Positions 52,756 through 62,331 of a DNA stretch of 64,000 bases are shown piece after piece. Source of the DNA: an uncultured Bacilli bacterium (GTDB taxonomy: Bacteria; Bacillota_I; Bacilli_A; RF39; UBA660). Location: positions 43,628 through 107,627 of the forward strand of contig CALVYF010000002.1 of assembly GCA_944372055.1 (NCBI GenBank). The letters run 5' to 3'. The stretch's first letter is position 1. Each line of letters begins with the position of its first letter. The notes under the pieces were generated by a model. It was given only the letters and a program-made list of their open reading frames with translations, had not been told where the DNA came from and did not search any database. The translations under genes were made by a program, and so were the position numbers.

Positions 52756-53592
52756 ATGCAAGAAATAGTAATTCATGTTCGCCAATTTCCTATTTTTCAT
52801 AGTGAATATATTCAAAATGTTTTTGATTATTATACATTAACTGATAAAGAGAAAAAATTGTATCAGAAAGTTCAAGATGCTTTATATCGATTAACGACTG
52901 TAGATGTTCCAGATGACTTGCTAGAGTTTTTTATTGATCAAAAGAAATTCTCTCCTTCTTTGATTCATTCTATTTCTTTTCAACAGTTATTAAAAAATAT
53001 TGAATCTAATCAAGTCCGTACACAGATTTCTTCTCAAATTCCTGATTTCTTAGATGATTCTATCGCGGTTTGTGTACCTGCAAAAGAAGAAGTTATTACT
53101 CGCTTGCAAAGAGTTTCTCAATTAGCAAATAATGGTCCATATCCAGAATTTTATTATTACCAAATACCAATATCAGAAGAAGAATTATTTACTACAAAAC
53201 AAGGATATAAAAAAATAAAAGAAGAGTATCTTCCTTTTTTACCATATTTAGATTTAAGTAAAATTGAATTTACAAACACAGACCTTAGAAATATAGATTT
53301 TTCTGATACAAACATAGAACATATTGATTTTCCCACAGCATATCAACATAGTATCACTGGTGCTAATTTTCAAAATGTTAATCTTTTTGGAAAACAATTA
53401 GAAAATATTGATGCTAGAGGTGCTAATCTATGTGGAACATATCTAGCGGTTAATAGTGATAGTGTCATGTTGGATGGAGCAAAGATGGATTCTAGTATAC
53501 TATTATTAGCTAATGATAGAGTTATTGCTAATCCTGAACGTCAAGGGTTTTCTTTTATAAAAACGAAAAAAAGTGTTAAAATTCATTTTTAG
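52756..53592 (+). CDS. Protein with a C-terminal pentapeptide-repeat domain
   Basis: The start is preferred at MQEIVIH (RBS GAGGTGA). The C-terminal repeats are LDLSKIEFTNTDLRNIDFSDTNIEHIDF...ANFQNVNLFGKQLENIDARGANLCGTYL. Confidence 0.65.
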   Translation: MQEIVIHVRQFPIFHSEYIQNVFDYYTLTDKEKKLYQKVQDALYRLTTVDVPDDLLEFFIDQKKFSPSLIHSISFQQLLKNIESNQVRTQISSQIPDFLDDSIAVCVPAKEEVITRLQRVSQLANNGPYPEFYYYQIPISEEELFTTKQGYKKIKEEYLPFLPYLDLSKIEFTNTDLRNIDFSDTNIEHIDFPTAYQHSITGANFQNVNLFGKQLENIDARGANLCGTYLAVNSDSVMLDGAKMDSSILLLANDRVIANPERQGFSFIKTKKSVKIHF

Positions 53593-54230
53593 CACTTTTT
53601 TATTTTTAAAATAGTTAATAATTCATGGATATTATCAATTTTATTCTTATACTCTTTTACAGTTCCAAAACCATAAGTTGCATAAACAAATGGAATCTTT
53701 GCATATTCTGCTGCTTCTTTATCTTTGTCTGTATCCCCAACATAAATAGGATTGGATAGATGATTTCTTTTTATCAGTAGTTTTATATTTTCTCCTTTTG
53801 TTAAACCGGTTCTACCGTTATTTTCAAAGTCTGAAAAATACTCTTTTAAATTACTTGTTGTTAAAAAAGATTCAATATATCCTTCTATACAATTACTTAC
53901 AATATATAGTTTGTAATTTTTAGATAATAGTTTTATGACTTCTTCTACTCCATTGTATAAAGTACCACCATGTTTCATTAAGTATTTTGTGTTTTCTTGG
54001 ATTGCTTCTTTTGTATACTTTTCTCTTGTTTCTTTATCTAAATATCCATAATATTTTTTTGCAGTTTCTTCAAAGGTACATCCCATAGCAGATTTAATAA
54101 CTTCAACAGATACATCTTCTACTATATCATTATGTTGTTTTTTTATTTCTTTTAATACTTCAACTGTGCTATTTAGAGCACTCCAAAGGGTACCATCTAA
54201 ATCAAAAATGATGCTGTCTATATTATTCAT
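53589..54230 (-). CDS. HAD-superfamily hydrolase (phosphoglycolate-phosphatase-like, subfamily IA)
   Basis: IIFDLDGTL motif I, SN motif II and VGDTDKD motif IV. Confidence 0.75.
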   Translation of the reverse strand: MNNIDSIIFDLDGTLWSALNSTVEVLKEIKKQHNDIVEDVSVEVIKSAMGCTFEETAKKYYGYLDKETREKYTKEAIQENTKYLMKHGGTLYNGVEEVIKLLSKNYKLYIVSNCIEGYIESFLTTSNLKEYFSDFENNGRTGLTKGENIKLLIKRNHLSNPIYVGDTDKDKEAAEYAKIPFVYATYGFGTVKEYKNKIDNIHELLTILKIKKC

Positions 54231-54238
54231 TGTTCCTC

Positions 54239-54967
54239 CTATACTATGATTTCTTGATTTTCTTTTGGTATTATTAAGTTTTCAATAGGATTATCTATTG
54301 CTACTTGTCTAGTGCTATTATGCATGTGTGTAGCGATGATTGTTTTATCTTTATATTTATTACAGATATCTTTGATATCTAAATATCCCATGTGCGAATG
54401 GTTTCCTTCTGCTTTTAGACTCATATCTAAAATGGAAACATCTGAATCTTCTACTATTTTATCTTTTGCAGGACAATGCATAGAGTCACCAGAGAAGCCT
54501 ACCTTTTTATTTACTTTATGAACTATATATCCGAATGCAGGTTTTATTTTTCCATGTTTTACATTTCTAGTTTCAATTAAATACTCTCCTAGACGGATGT
54601 TACTTCTTCCTTTATATTCGATAAACTCTATATTAATACTATTCATTACTTTACGAAAATCATATGGAAAACCTATTCGAAATAGAAGCTTTAATTTCTT
54701 TATTGTTCCATAAGGACAGATTACTTTAATTGAAGTTTTGTCTTTATTAAAGTATTTACCTAGCATTAAAAATGGTAAGTCGAAAAAGTGATCACCATGT
54801 AAATGGGTAATTAAAATAGTATCGATATGTAAAATATCATAATTTAAATGTTTTAAATATTTAATAACACCATTGGGAACATCCACTAAAATATGGTCAT
54901 CAATTAGATAAGAGGCACTCATAACACCAGAACCAATAGATCCACTACCAATAATATTTATTTTCAT
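54239..54967 (-). CDS. MBL-fold metallo-hydrolase
   Basis: ITHLHGDHF motif and downstream His/Asp ligands. Confidence 0.75.
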   Translation of the reverse strand: MKINIIGSGSIGSGVMSASYLIDDHILVDVPNGVIKYLKHLNYDILHIDTILITHLHGDHFFDLPFLMLGKYFNKDKTSIKVICPYGTIKKLKLLFRIGFPYDFRKVMNSINIEFIEYKGRSNIRLGEYLIETRNVKHGKIKPAFGYIVHKVNKKVGFSGDSMHCPAKDKIVEDSDVSILDMSLKAEGNHSHMGYLDIKDICNKYKDKTIIATHMHNSTRQVAIDNPIENLIIPKENQEIIV

Positions 54968-54971
54968 TTTA

Positions 54972-55489
54972 TCACCTATTTTCTTTTTTCTTCTTTATAT
55001 CAAATTTATAAACAGTGATGATTGCTCCAACAAGTTCTATTATTGTAGCAATCAAACCGGTAATTGCTAAAACCTTGATATTATATAAAATATAGAGACT
55101 ACAAGATATAATTTCTGTTGTTCGAATTACTGTTAAATTTCCATGCCATAAAGCAATACTATATAAAATCACTGCAATCATTGGTAAAAAACTAATAACA
55201 CCAGTATATGATAATGAGGAAAAGAAAATCATAAGGACAATTGTTATTATTAACCAATAAACTGGAGGTCTTTTCTTAGGATATCGATTAAATATCTATT
55301 TCGAATCATACAAATTAAGTTTATAAAACATCCTGTATAAGCATTTAAAAACAAATATTGTAAAGCATATAGTAAACTCGAAATACTTTGGTAAAGTAAT
55401 AATTTCGTTTTGCTGTTTTTTTGCAAGCTAATTATTAATATTGTTAATGCGAGTGCTCCAAATATTTGAGCAACTATAAAATAAAACAT
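54972..55489 (-). pseudogene. YgjV-family inner membrane protein, frameshifted
   Basis: The 79-aa and 86-aa track ORFs join if one base is added in the T/A run at 55290-55292, giving ...MIRNRYFNRYPKKRPPVYWLIIITIVLMIFFSSLSYTG.... Confidence 0.6.
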
Positions 55490-55545
55490 AATCTACCTCT
55501 ATCTAATAAATTCTTCACAAACTTTTTTAATTTTTTCTTCCTGTT

Positions 55546-56280
55546 TTAATAACCACCATCTAATTTAATAATTTCTCCATTTAGGTAGCTACAAGCATCA
55601 CTCACCATAAAAGATACGAAAGATGCAATTTCTTCTACTTCAGCAAATCTTTTTAAATAAATTTTGTCCGTTTCTTCTTTGATTAGGTCTTTTGGTAATT
55701 GTTTGTTCATCTCTGTATTTATCCATCCTGGAGCGATGGAATTCACGAATACATAAGGAGCGTATTCTAAAGCAAAATTGTGTGTTAAAGATATTACTGC
55801 TGCTTTGGATGCATCGTAATCAATACTTGTCGGAAAAAAAGCATTTATTCCATTGGTTGAGGAAATGTTAATGATTTTTCCATGCTTCTTTTCAAACATT
55901 TCTCTACCAATATATTTACTCATTAAATAAGTAGAAGTAACATTATTTCTAATCGTTTCATTAAATAGTTCTGTAGAACGTTCTTTTATTTCCATATCTT
56001 CTACTATTGCCGCATTGTTAATTAAAACATCTATATGGTTAAAACGATTTTTAACAATTTCAAGTAACTTTAGTACTTCCTCTTCTTTTGAAACGTCTGC
56101 CATAACTCCAATGGCATTGGTAGAATAATTCTCTTCAATATGTTTTACAACTTTATCTACTTGTTCTTTTTCAACCATATCATTTACAACAATATCGTAA
56201 CCATCTTTTGCCAATTGGTAACAAATAGCTTCCCCAAGACCACGTCTAGCACCGGTAACGATTGCCACTTTATTTTTCAT
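55546..56280 (-). CDS. SDR-family oxidoreductase (FabG-like)
   Basis: VAIVTGARRGLG cofactor motif, NNAA and the YxxxK region (YDASKAAV). Confidence 0.8.
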   Translation of the reverse strand: MKNKVAIVTGARRGLGEAICYQLAKDGYDIVVNDMVEKEQVDKVVKHIEENYSTNAIGVMADVSKEEEVLKLLEIVKNRFNHIDVLINNAAIVEDMEIKERSTELFNETIRNNVTSTYLMSKYIGREMFEKKHGKIINISSTNGINAFFPTSIDYDASKAAVISLTHNFALEYAPYVFVNSIAPGWINTEMNKQLPKDLIKEETDKIYLKRFAEVEEIASFVSFMVSDACSYLNGEIIKLDGGY

Positions 56281-56346
56281 ATTATCACCTAATATTCATT
56301 ATATCATAAAAGAAAAAGTACTGAAATAACAATTCCGTACTTTCCA

Positions 56347-56818
56347 TTAATCATAATAATATTTCATTTCTACATATTCACTACTAGTGTATTGGAAACC
56401 ATTTTTTTCATAGATACTCTTTCCATCTTCCGATGCTCCTAATTGAATAAATGTAATTTCTTTATTACTCATTTCATGAATCATTTGTTTTACAAGTTCT
56501 GATGCAATACCGCGTTTACAATATTCCACTCTTGTATAAACTCCATACATTTCACCATATTTACCATTCATAAATCTAGGGCTTGGAACTTTTTCAAATA
56601 TATTTACTATGAAAGAAGAGGCGATTTTTTCTTTATCATAGGCAACATAAATAAAACAATCTTGATTCAAATGTTTTATTAAGTACTCTTTCATGTTTTT
56701 TTCTAAGAACGGAAATCACATCATCTTCTAAAAAAGTGTTATATTCTATTAAATATATAATTCTTAAGTCAATAATGTCATCAATATTTTCTTCTGTTGC
56801 TTTTTTATATTCTATCAT
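56347..56818 (-). pseudogene. GNAT acetyltransferase, frameshifted in an A7 run
   Basis: The 60-aa N-terminal ORF and the 115-aa C-terminal ORF (RGIASELV motif) overlap in different frames. The junction is at the homopolymer 56696-56702. Confidence 0.65.
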
Positions 56819-56822
56819 TATC

Positions 56823-57263
56823 TCACTTCTTTTCTATAAATTTTACATATCCAGCCGCTTTATCATAATGCAGACTTTCATAAAACTTCTGGGCTATTAC
56901 ATTATCACTTTCAGCAATTAAAGTAATAAAGGCACAATTATTTTCTTTCGCAAAAAAATCAATATAGCGAAACATTTCTGTTCCTATTTTCCTTCTTCTA
57001 TATTCTTTTTTTACTCCAAAATTCCATACAGTAAGAAAAGGTCTTAATTCTTCTACGATATCATAATGAATCATTACTGTAGCGAAGCCTACAATTTTCT
57101 CATCTACTTTCGCAACAATATTATGATATAGTGGGTTCTCATCAATTTTATCATAGATAGAAAATAGTTTATTCATATTTGTTTTTAATTGATGATTTTC
57201 ATCATATACTTCAATAGCTTCTTTTAAATCTTTTCTTTGTAATTTTTCTACACGAACTTTCAT
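56823..57263 (-). CDS. GNAT-family N-acetyltransferase
   Basis: VKKEYRRRKIGTEMF acetyl-CoA motif. Confidence 0.75.
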   Translation of the reverse strand: MKVRVEKLQRKDLKEAIEVYDENHQLKTNMNKLFSIYDKIDENPLYHNIVAKVDEKIVGFATVMIHYDIVEELRPFLTVWNFGVKKEYRRRKIGTEMFRYIDFFAKENNCAFITLIAESDNVIAQKFYESLHYDKAAGYVKFIEKK

Positions 57264-57274
57264 ATATACTCCTA

Positions 57275-57853
57275 TTATTTTCCTTTAATTGATGAATTGC
57301 TTCTTTCGTTAATATGTATTACTGGATTATTCTCTCCTTGAATAATATTTCCATTTCTTGCATCTAAGATAAAACTAAAACTATTGATATCTTCTACTCT
57401 GATGGTGGAAATTCCTTCTTCTTGTAGTTTTTTAGATAATTCTTTTAAATCTTTTTCTAGAATCATTCTACTTGGGTAGTCTTCTTCTTTTGGAGTTACT
57501 CCTAAAACTAATCCAATATAAATCGTTTTTTTTATATTTTCTTTCTGTTTTAGAATTTCTTCTTGTAATCTATCTATTTTCTTACACTTAATTGGAATAT
57601 CATTATCTGTAGTTTCAAAATCATAAATACTATTTCCTCCAACGATATTCATATGTGCTAAATAAGCAAAGTTTTCTTCCCAGGCATATAAGGCAATACA
57701 TGATTGTAATCCAACTGTTAATAGCATAGGCTTTTCTTTTGTTGCTACTTTGTATTCCCACATATTTACAAATTGAACTAAATTGGCATTAATGTTTTCT
57801 TCTTCAAATTCCATAATTTTTAATGCATTTTTTACAAATTCTTTTTCTTCCAT
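57275..57853 (-). CDS. Hypothetical protein with weak CheD-like (deamidase fold) pattern
   Basis: TVGLQSCIALYAWEENFAYLAHMNIVGG and IYIGLVLG...ISTIRVEDINSFSFILDARNGNI loosely parallel CheD motifs. No chemotaxis genes are nearby. Confidence 0.3.
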   Translation of the reverse strand: MEEKEFVKNALKIMEFEEENINANLVQFVNMWEYKVATKEKPMLLTVGLQSCIALYAWEENFAYLAHMNIVGGNSIYDFETTDNDIPIKCKKIDRLQEEILKQKENIKKTIYIGLVLGVTPKEEDYPSRMILEKDLKELSKKLQEEGISTIRVEDINSFSFILDARNGNIIQGENNPVIHINERSNSSIKGK

Positions 57854-57887
57854 TTTATTTCTCCAGATCTATTTTTATTATTCAATA

Positions 57888-58367
57888 CTATATAATCCTA
57901 TTTTCTCCAAAATTTCTTTCCATAATTTCTAATGCGCTCTTGTGACGTGATTTCCCGAACATACAAGCACAATAATCTTTTAAAATATAGAAATCATAAC
58001 CATTTTCAAATAAATCAAAAGCCGTTTTTAAAACACAACATTCTGTATCAATACCACATAGATAGATTTTATCAATATTATTTTCTTTTATATATTTTTC
58101 TAATTCCTCATTTAATGCACTATATATATTTTTATTAAAAATTGGATGATTTTTTGTTGGAATTAAAAGTTTTTTATCTTCTCCTATACATCCATCGAAG
58201 TTTAATTCTTTGACATATCTACTATTTTTGGTATTTATAAATCTAGTAAAGGCAATTTTCCTATACTCATTACTGTTTACTAGATTGGTTATTTTTTCTA
58301 CTACATGTTCTGTACTTTCATTAATAAATGCTTCCTGCATATCAATTACTAATAATAATGAATTCAT
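57888..58367 (-). CDS. Isochorismatase-family cysteine hydrolase
   Basis: LLVIDMQEAF and LCGIDTECCV motifs. Confidence 0.75.
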   Translation of the reverse strand: MNSLLLVIDMQEAFINESTEHVVEKITNLVNSNEYRKIAFTRFINTKNSRYVKELNFDGCIGEDKKLLIPTKNHPIFNKNIYSALNEELEKYIKENNIDKIYLCGIDTECCVLKTAFDLFENGYDFYILKDYCACMFGKSRHKSALEIMERNFGENRII

Positions 58368-58443
58368 ACTTCCTCCATCTATATTTATATTATCTTCTAT
58401 TTCGATTTTCTTTTGACCTGAAATCTAGCAATAGTCGCAACCC

Positions 58444-59091
58444 TTATTTGTAAATATCTTGTATTTTATCACACAAAGATTCTGCCAAATTTCGATGACT
58501 TTCTTCTGTTAAATGAACCCCGTCTATCCCAACTTCCAGGCCATCATTACTTAAGAAATAACAATTATTTCTTTTTGCAATTTCCTCATATATAGAGTTT
58601 AATTCCCTAGATTTTTCGGTTGCCCCTAAATATTTATTATCTTTCTTACAATAATCTGTAAATTCATTTATTACCGGTGGCGCTACTAATAGCAATTTGG
58701 GATAACTGTCCTTGCATTGAGATTTTCTATGAATAATTGTTTTCACAAAATATTTTTCTAAAATCTCGCCAATTTCTAATGCTGTTTTATGATAAGTATT
58801 TTTCAATTCATTGGTCCCGAGCATTAATACTACTAAATCTATAGGATCATGTGTATCTAGGCAAGGAATTAAATACTCATAGCCGTTTTTCCCTTCCTTT
58901 CCAGGTCTTAAGTCAGCAGATACTAGGGTTCTACTATTTAATCCTTCTTCAATTATTTCAAAGTCATCCCCTAAAATGCTCGCCAATAATTTAGTCCATC
59001 GTTTTTCATCACTATACCTTTCATGATTACTACCAGAAATATAGCCCCAGGTATTAGAATCACCATAACACAAAATTCTTACTTTTTTCAT
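58444..59091 (-). CDS. SGNH/GDSL hydrolase (arylesterase-like)
   Basis: ILCYGDSNTWGY block I, GTNE block III and DGVHLT block V. The start is preferred at MKKVRIL. Confidence 0.8.
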   Translation of the reverse strand: MKKVRILCYGDSNTWGYISGSNHERYSDEKRWTKLLASILGDDFEIIEEGLNSRTLVSADLRPGKEGKNGYEYLIPCLDTHDPIDLVVLMLGTNELKNTYHKTALEIGEILEKYFVKTIIHRKSQCKDSYPKLLLVAPPVINEFTDYCKKDNKYLGATEKSRELNSIYEEIAKRNNCYFLSNDGLEVGIDGVHLTEESHRNLAESLCDKIQDIYK

Positions 59092-59361
59092 TATTATCAC
59101 CAATTTTATTATACCACGTTTTTTGACAATTTCTTTTTTTAACTCCTACAACGCAATTGTATAGTAAAGAAAAGCGACTGTCAGCACTTTTTCAAACACT
59201 TGTTTTGTATGTTTCCTTTAAGATTAAAGCTTTGTAGTTATTTTTATAGTCTCTAAAAAATGCCTACTCCATCCTATATTGGAACTGTCAACAATGGTAT
59301 CTTTATCAGATGAATCATAGTCTTTTAGAAAATTTTTCAATATAGGCTAGATTGCATACTA

Positions 59362-59829
59362 TTATTTATGCTCTCTCGTTAACTGTTCTTCTAATTTATC
59401 AATAAAGAAACGTTGTGTCGGGTGAATATATTCTTTGGCCTCTTCCAAAGGGAACCATTTAATTTTATCCATCTCTGGAAATTCCATTAATTGTTTAGAT
59501 TTTTTAGGCCACTCCATTTGAAAGGTATTACTTTTAAAAGAGGAAATATCACCATCAAAATAAGAATAAAACATGATAGCTAGTTTGTTTTTAGCTACTT
59601 TTCTCGCTGCTAGGAAAGAAATATTATTTGTAATTTCTAAATTAGTTTCTTCTGCTACTTCTCTTTTAGCAGCATCTAATACTTTCTCTTCTTTTTCAAC
59701 TATTCCTTTTTGAACAGACCATGCGCCTTTGTCTTGCTTGTCCCAGTATGGTCCACCAAAGTGGGCAAGGAGAACTAAAAATCTATTGTTTTCTTTTTTA
59801 TATAATAAAATTCCTGCACTTCTTTTCAT
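59362..59829 (-). CDS. Nudix hydrolase
   Basis: SAGILLY N-terminus and Nudix box GIVEKEEKVLDAAKREVAEETN. Confidence 0.75.
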   Translation of the reverse strand: MKRSAGILLYKKENNRFLVLLAHFGGPYWDKQDKGAWSVQKGIVEKEEKVLDAAKREVAEETNLEITNNISFLAARKVAKNKLAIMFYSYFDGDISSFKSNTFQMEWPKKSKQLMEFPEMDKIKWFPLEEAKEYIHPTQRFFIDKLEEQLTREHK

Positions 59830-59832
59830 AGA

Positions 59833-60183
59833 TTACTCCCCTTCTTCATAAACTTCTTTTGCCATTCTAAACACTGCCCAAGCATTTGGCCATCCTGCAT
59901 AAAAAGCAGCATGAGTAATAATCTCAGCCATCTCTTTTTTGCTGATTCCATTATTTTTAGCATTAATTAAATGGCTTTTTAAACTAGAATCTAAAATTCC
60001 CTTGCTCATTAATGCAACAACTGTAATTATAGAACGATCTCTTAATGATAATTCATCTTCTCTAGACCATACCTCTCCAAATAACACATCATCATTTAGT
60101 TCTGCAAACTTAGGGGCAAATTCTCCTAATTGTTCTCTTCCTGCAGTTTGTTTTATCATATTCATCTTCCTTTCTTTTACCAT
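59833..60183 (-). CDS. Carboxymuconolactone decarboxylase (AhpD-like) family protein
   Basis: ITHAAFYAGWPNAWAVF motif. Confidence 0.7.
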   Translation of the reverse strand: MVKERKMNMIKQTAGREQLGEFAPKFAELNDDVLFGEVWSREDELSLRDRSIITVVALMSKGILDSSLKSHLINAKNNGISKKEMAEIITHAAFYAGWPNAWAVFRMAKEVYEEGE

Positions 60184-60260
60184 TTACATTATACTTCTTA
60201 TATCTTACTTTAAGTCAATCTTTTTTTAAATAAATTTATTTTTACTGATATTAGCTCATT

Positions 60261-60286
60261 ACCTTTTTTTACTTCTTCATATGATA
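60261..60286 (+). promoter_or_regulatory. Possible sigma-K-type (late mother-cell) promoter for the collagen-like gene
   Basis: AC (60261-60262) - 15 nt - CATATGATA (60278-60286) matches the CATA-N3-TA -10 element. The spacer is 1-2 nt shorter than I recall for the consensus. Confidence 0.25.
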
Positions 60287-60309
60287 TATTGAAAGGAGGG
60301 AAAAAATAA

Positions 60310-61023
60310 GTGAATCAAGACAATTTAGAAAATATTATGCGAGATTGTTGCAATGAGAAAAAAGACGACTGCCTATGTAGAGTGTTAGATTGTGTTTGTA
60401 AAAAAGGAGTAACTGGTCCTACTGGTCCTACAGGACCTACTGGCGCAACAGGAAGACAAGGAGTAACTGGACCTACGGGGCCTACTGGTGCTAGTGGAGC
60501 TACTGGAATTCAAGGACCTACCGGTCCTACAGGACCTCAAGGCATCACTGGCCCTACTGGTCCTGCAGGGGAAGATGCTACAACATTTAATAGCTATGCC
60601 ATGGTACACGATGAAACAAACTCTACTATATCTCACAACCAACCTGTCTTATTCCAAACTACTAATATTTCTAATAAAATTTCATACAATCCAGCTACTG
60701 GAGACTTTACTATCCCTGAAGAAGGAATTTATATTATTCACTGGTGGATTAACGTAAGGCATGCTGATAGTGATCATTCTACTTGTGAACCTAGAACTTT
60801 AGGTGTTGAATTGCATCAATTCTGGCCTTCGGATGTTTTAATTGCCCATTCTTCTACACATAATAAACTTACTTGTTGTGATACTGGTACTATTAGTGGT
60901 AATGCAATTTTTGCGGCACTTCCTGGAGCAAGCTATCGTCTAATTAATACATCTGGAATCGATATCAGTCTAGTACCAAATGATTTATATTCAGCTGCAG
61001 TTTCTATTACTAGAATAGTGTAA
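60310..61023 (+). CDS. Collagen-like (GXT repeat) spore-surface protein, BclA-like, with a Cys-rich N-terminus and a C-terminal globular domain
   Basis: GTG start 10 nt after the AAAGGAGGG RBS. 19 uninterrupted G-X-Y triplets (mostly GPT; nt 60406-60576). Six Cys within residues 13-30. The ~148-aa beta-rich C-terminal domain is consistent with a BclA/C1q-like fold. Confidence 0.75.
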   Translation: MNQDNLENIMRDCCNEKKDDCLCRVLDCVCKKGVTGPTGPTGPTGATGRQGVTGPTGPTGASGATGIQGPTGPTGPQGITGPTGPAGEDATTFNSYAMVHDETNSTISHNQPVLFQTTNISNKISYNPATGDFTIPEEGIYIIHWWINVRHADSDHSTCEPRTLGVELHQFWPSDVLIAHSSTHNKLTCCDTGTISGNAIFAALPGASYRLINTSGIDISLVPNDLYSAAVSITRIV

Positions 61024-61028
61024 TCTTT

Positions 61029-61056
61029 AAAAGGAGTCATCGAGACTCCTTTTTTA
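61029..61056. terminator. Bidirectional terminator shared by the collagen-like gene and the MerR gene
   Basis: AAGGAGTC-atcga-GACTCCTT flanked by A-runs and T-runs. Confidence 0.7.
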
Positions 61057-61058
61057 TA

Positions 61059-61421
61059 TTAATTACTTTTTTCTTTTATTTTATTCTTATACAAATCAAT
61101 TTTATAATTTAGGAAACTTAGAGTTTCTTCTTTTTCTTTCATCTCTTGTAATAGTATTTCTTTTTGATTTAATAGCATCTCTAATCTTTTTTCTTCCCCT
61201 GTTTTTTTATCATGTATCAATTCTAAAAATTTTATTATATCTTCTAATTTAAAACCGGCTTTTTTCATACATATGATAAAGTTTAATCTTTCAATATCTT
61301 CCTCCTGATACTCTCTAATGCCGTGTTCTTTCTTTATATCTTCTAAAAGCCCTATTTGTTCATAATACCGTAAAGTTGCACTAGGTATACCTAGTTCTTT
61401 GCTTACTTCTCCTATTTTCAT
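61059..61421 (-). CDS. MerR-family transcriptional regulator
   Basis: MKIGEVSKELGIPSATLRYYEQIGLL HTH, followed by a coiled-coil. Confidence 0.85.
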   Translation of the reverse strand: MKIGEVSKELGIPSATLRYYEQIGLLEDIKKEHGIREYQEEDIERLNFIICMKKAGFKLEDIIKFLELIHDKKTGEEKRLEMLLNQKEILLQEMKEKEETLSFLNYKIDLYKNKIKEKSN

Positions 61422-61456
61422 TGTCTCCTCCTAATAGCTCGCTTATTGTTTTATTC

Positions 61457-61849
61457 TTATCTTGACCAATCTATTTTAAATATTCCTACTCCATCTTCTA
61501 TAAAGCCATTTTTTAAATAAAACTCTTTATCTTTGGTATCAGAAATTAATTCTATTCTATTAAATTGTTTTATCGTGGTAATTTGGCTAAGTAAGGTCGT
61601 ACCTATTTTTTGATTCTGATATTCAGGGGCTACTACTAAATAGCTAATGAATAAGTTTATGCATTGGTCCGATAAAGCGGTAACTAACCCAATTAATTTA
61701 TTGTCGTCATAGGCAAAAATTTTGTAAGTACTATTTTTTATTGATGTATATAACTTTTCTGGGTATTTTCCAGAGTTCCAATTTACGCTTAAAAATAATT
61801 GGGCAATTTCTTCTTTTGTACAGGTCATTTCTGTTTTGTAGTTAATCAT
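61457..61849 (-). CDS. GNAT-family N-acetyltransferase
   Basis: VVAPEYQNQKIGTTLL motif. Confidence 0.7.
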   Translation of the reverse strand: MINYKTEMTCTKEEIAQLFLSVNWNSGKYPEKLYTSIKNSTYKIFAYDDNKLIGLVTALSDQCINLFISYLVVAPEYQNQKIGTTLLSQITTIKQFNRIELISDTKDKEFYLKNGFIEDGVGIFKIDWSR

Positions 61850-61851
61850 AC

Positions 61852-62328
61852 CTATATTTTCTTCTTTTTATTATTACTTTCATAGATTACTGCTTCATAT
61901 AATAAATCTACTAGATGATTACTAGGTTCTAAGTTATATTTTTTTATAATTTTATTAAATACATCATAAGAATGTTCCATATTTAGATATGGATAAATAA
62001 GCTCTTTTTTATTTTTTAAATCCTTTAGGTAATCTAATGTATAAGTGTCTTCTATAATTAATAAAGGTAGATTCTTGGCCCAGGATTTAAATTTTTCTGG
62101 TATAAAATGAGGATTATCTACATAGGTAAATGCTTCTTTATCATACTGAATTACTTCTTTTAAATCTTTATTTTCTATTAGTTCGTCTTTGATGCGATAG
62201 TCAAATCTATCTAGAAGCTTTAGCCCTTCTAATTTTAAAGCTGATATTTGGGCGATTATACCTTTTTCTGCTTTAGAATGAGTAGGTATTACTTCTACAA
62301 TAATATATTTATCTTTTTCTAAATTCAT
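61852..62328 (-). CDS. Hypothetical 158-aa protein
   Basis: ORF track entry, tightly packed between pepF and the GNAT gene. No clear motif. Confidence 0.35.
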   Translation of the reverse strand: MNLEKDKYIIVEVIPTHSKAEKGIIAQISALKLEGLKLLDRFDYRIKDELIENKDLKEVIQYDKEAFTYVDNPHFIPEKFKSWAKNLPLLIIEDTYTLDYLKDLKNKKELIYPYLNMEHSYDVFNKIIKKYNLEPSNHLVDLLYEAVIYESNNKKKKI

Positions 62329-62331
62329 ACT

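Noticed and set aside
59104-59361. A 258-nt gap between the SGNH hydrolase and Nudix genes with a short open frame (…LKNFLKDYDSSDKDTIVDSSNIGWSRHF…).
   Set aside because: It has no start codon with an RBS, no motif, and no clear RNA structure by eye. It is probably a gene remnant or plain spacer.
60406-60576. A short-period nucleotide repeat (GGTCCTACTGG-like 9-nt units) that could be mistaken for a tandem repeat or CRISPR-like array.
   Set aside because: It is the in-frame GXY collagen-like coding repeat of a well-supported ORF. There are no spacers and no cas genes.
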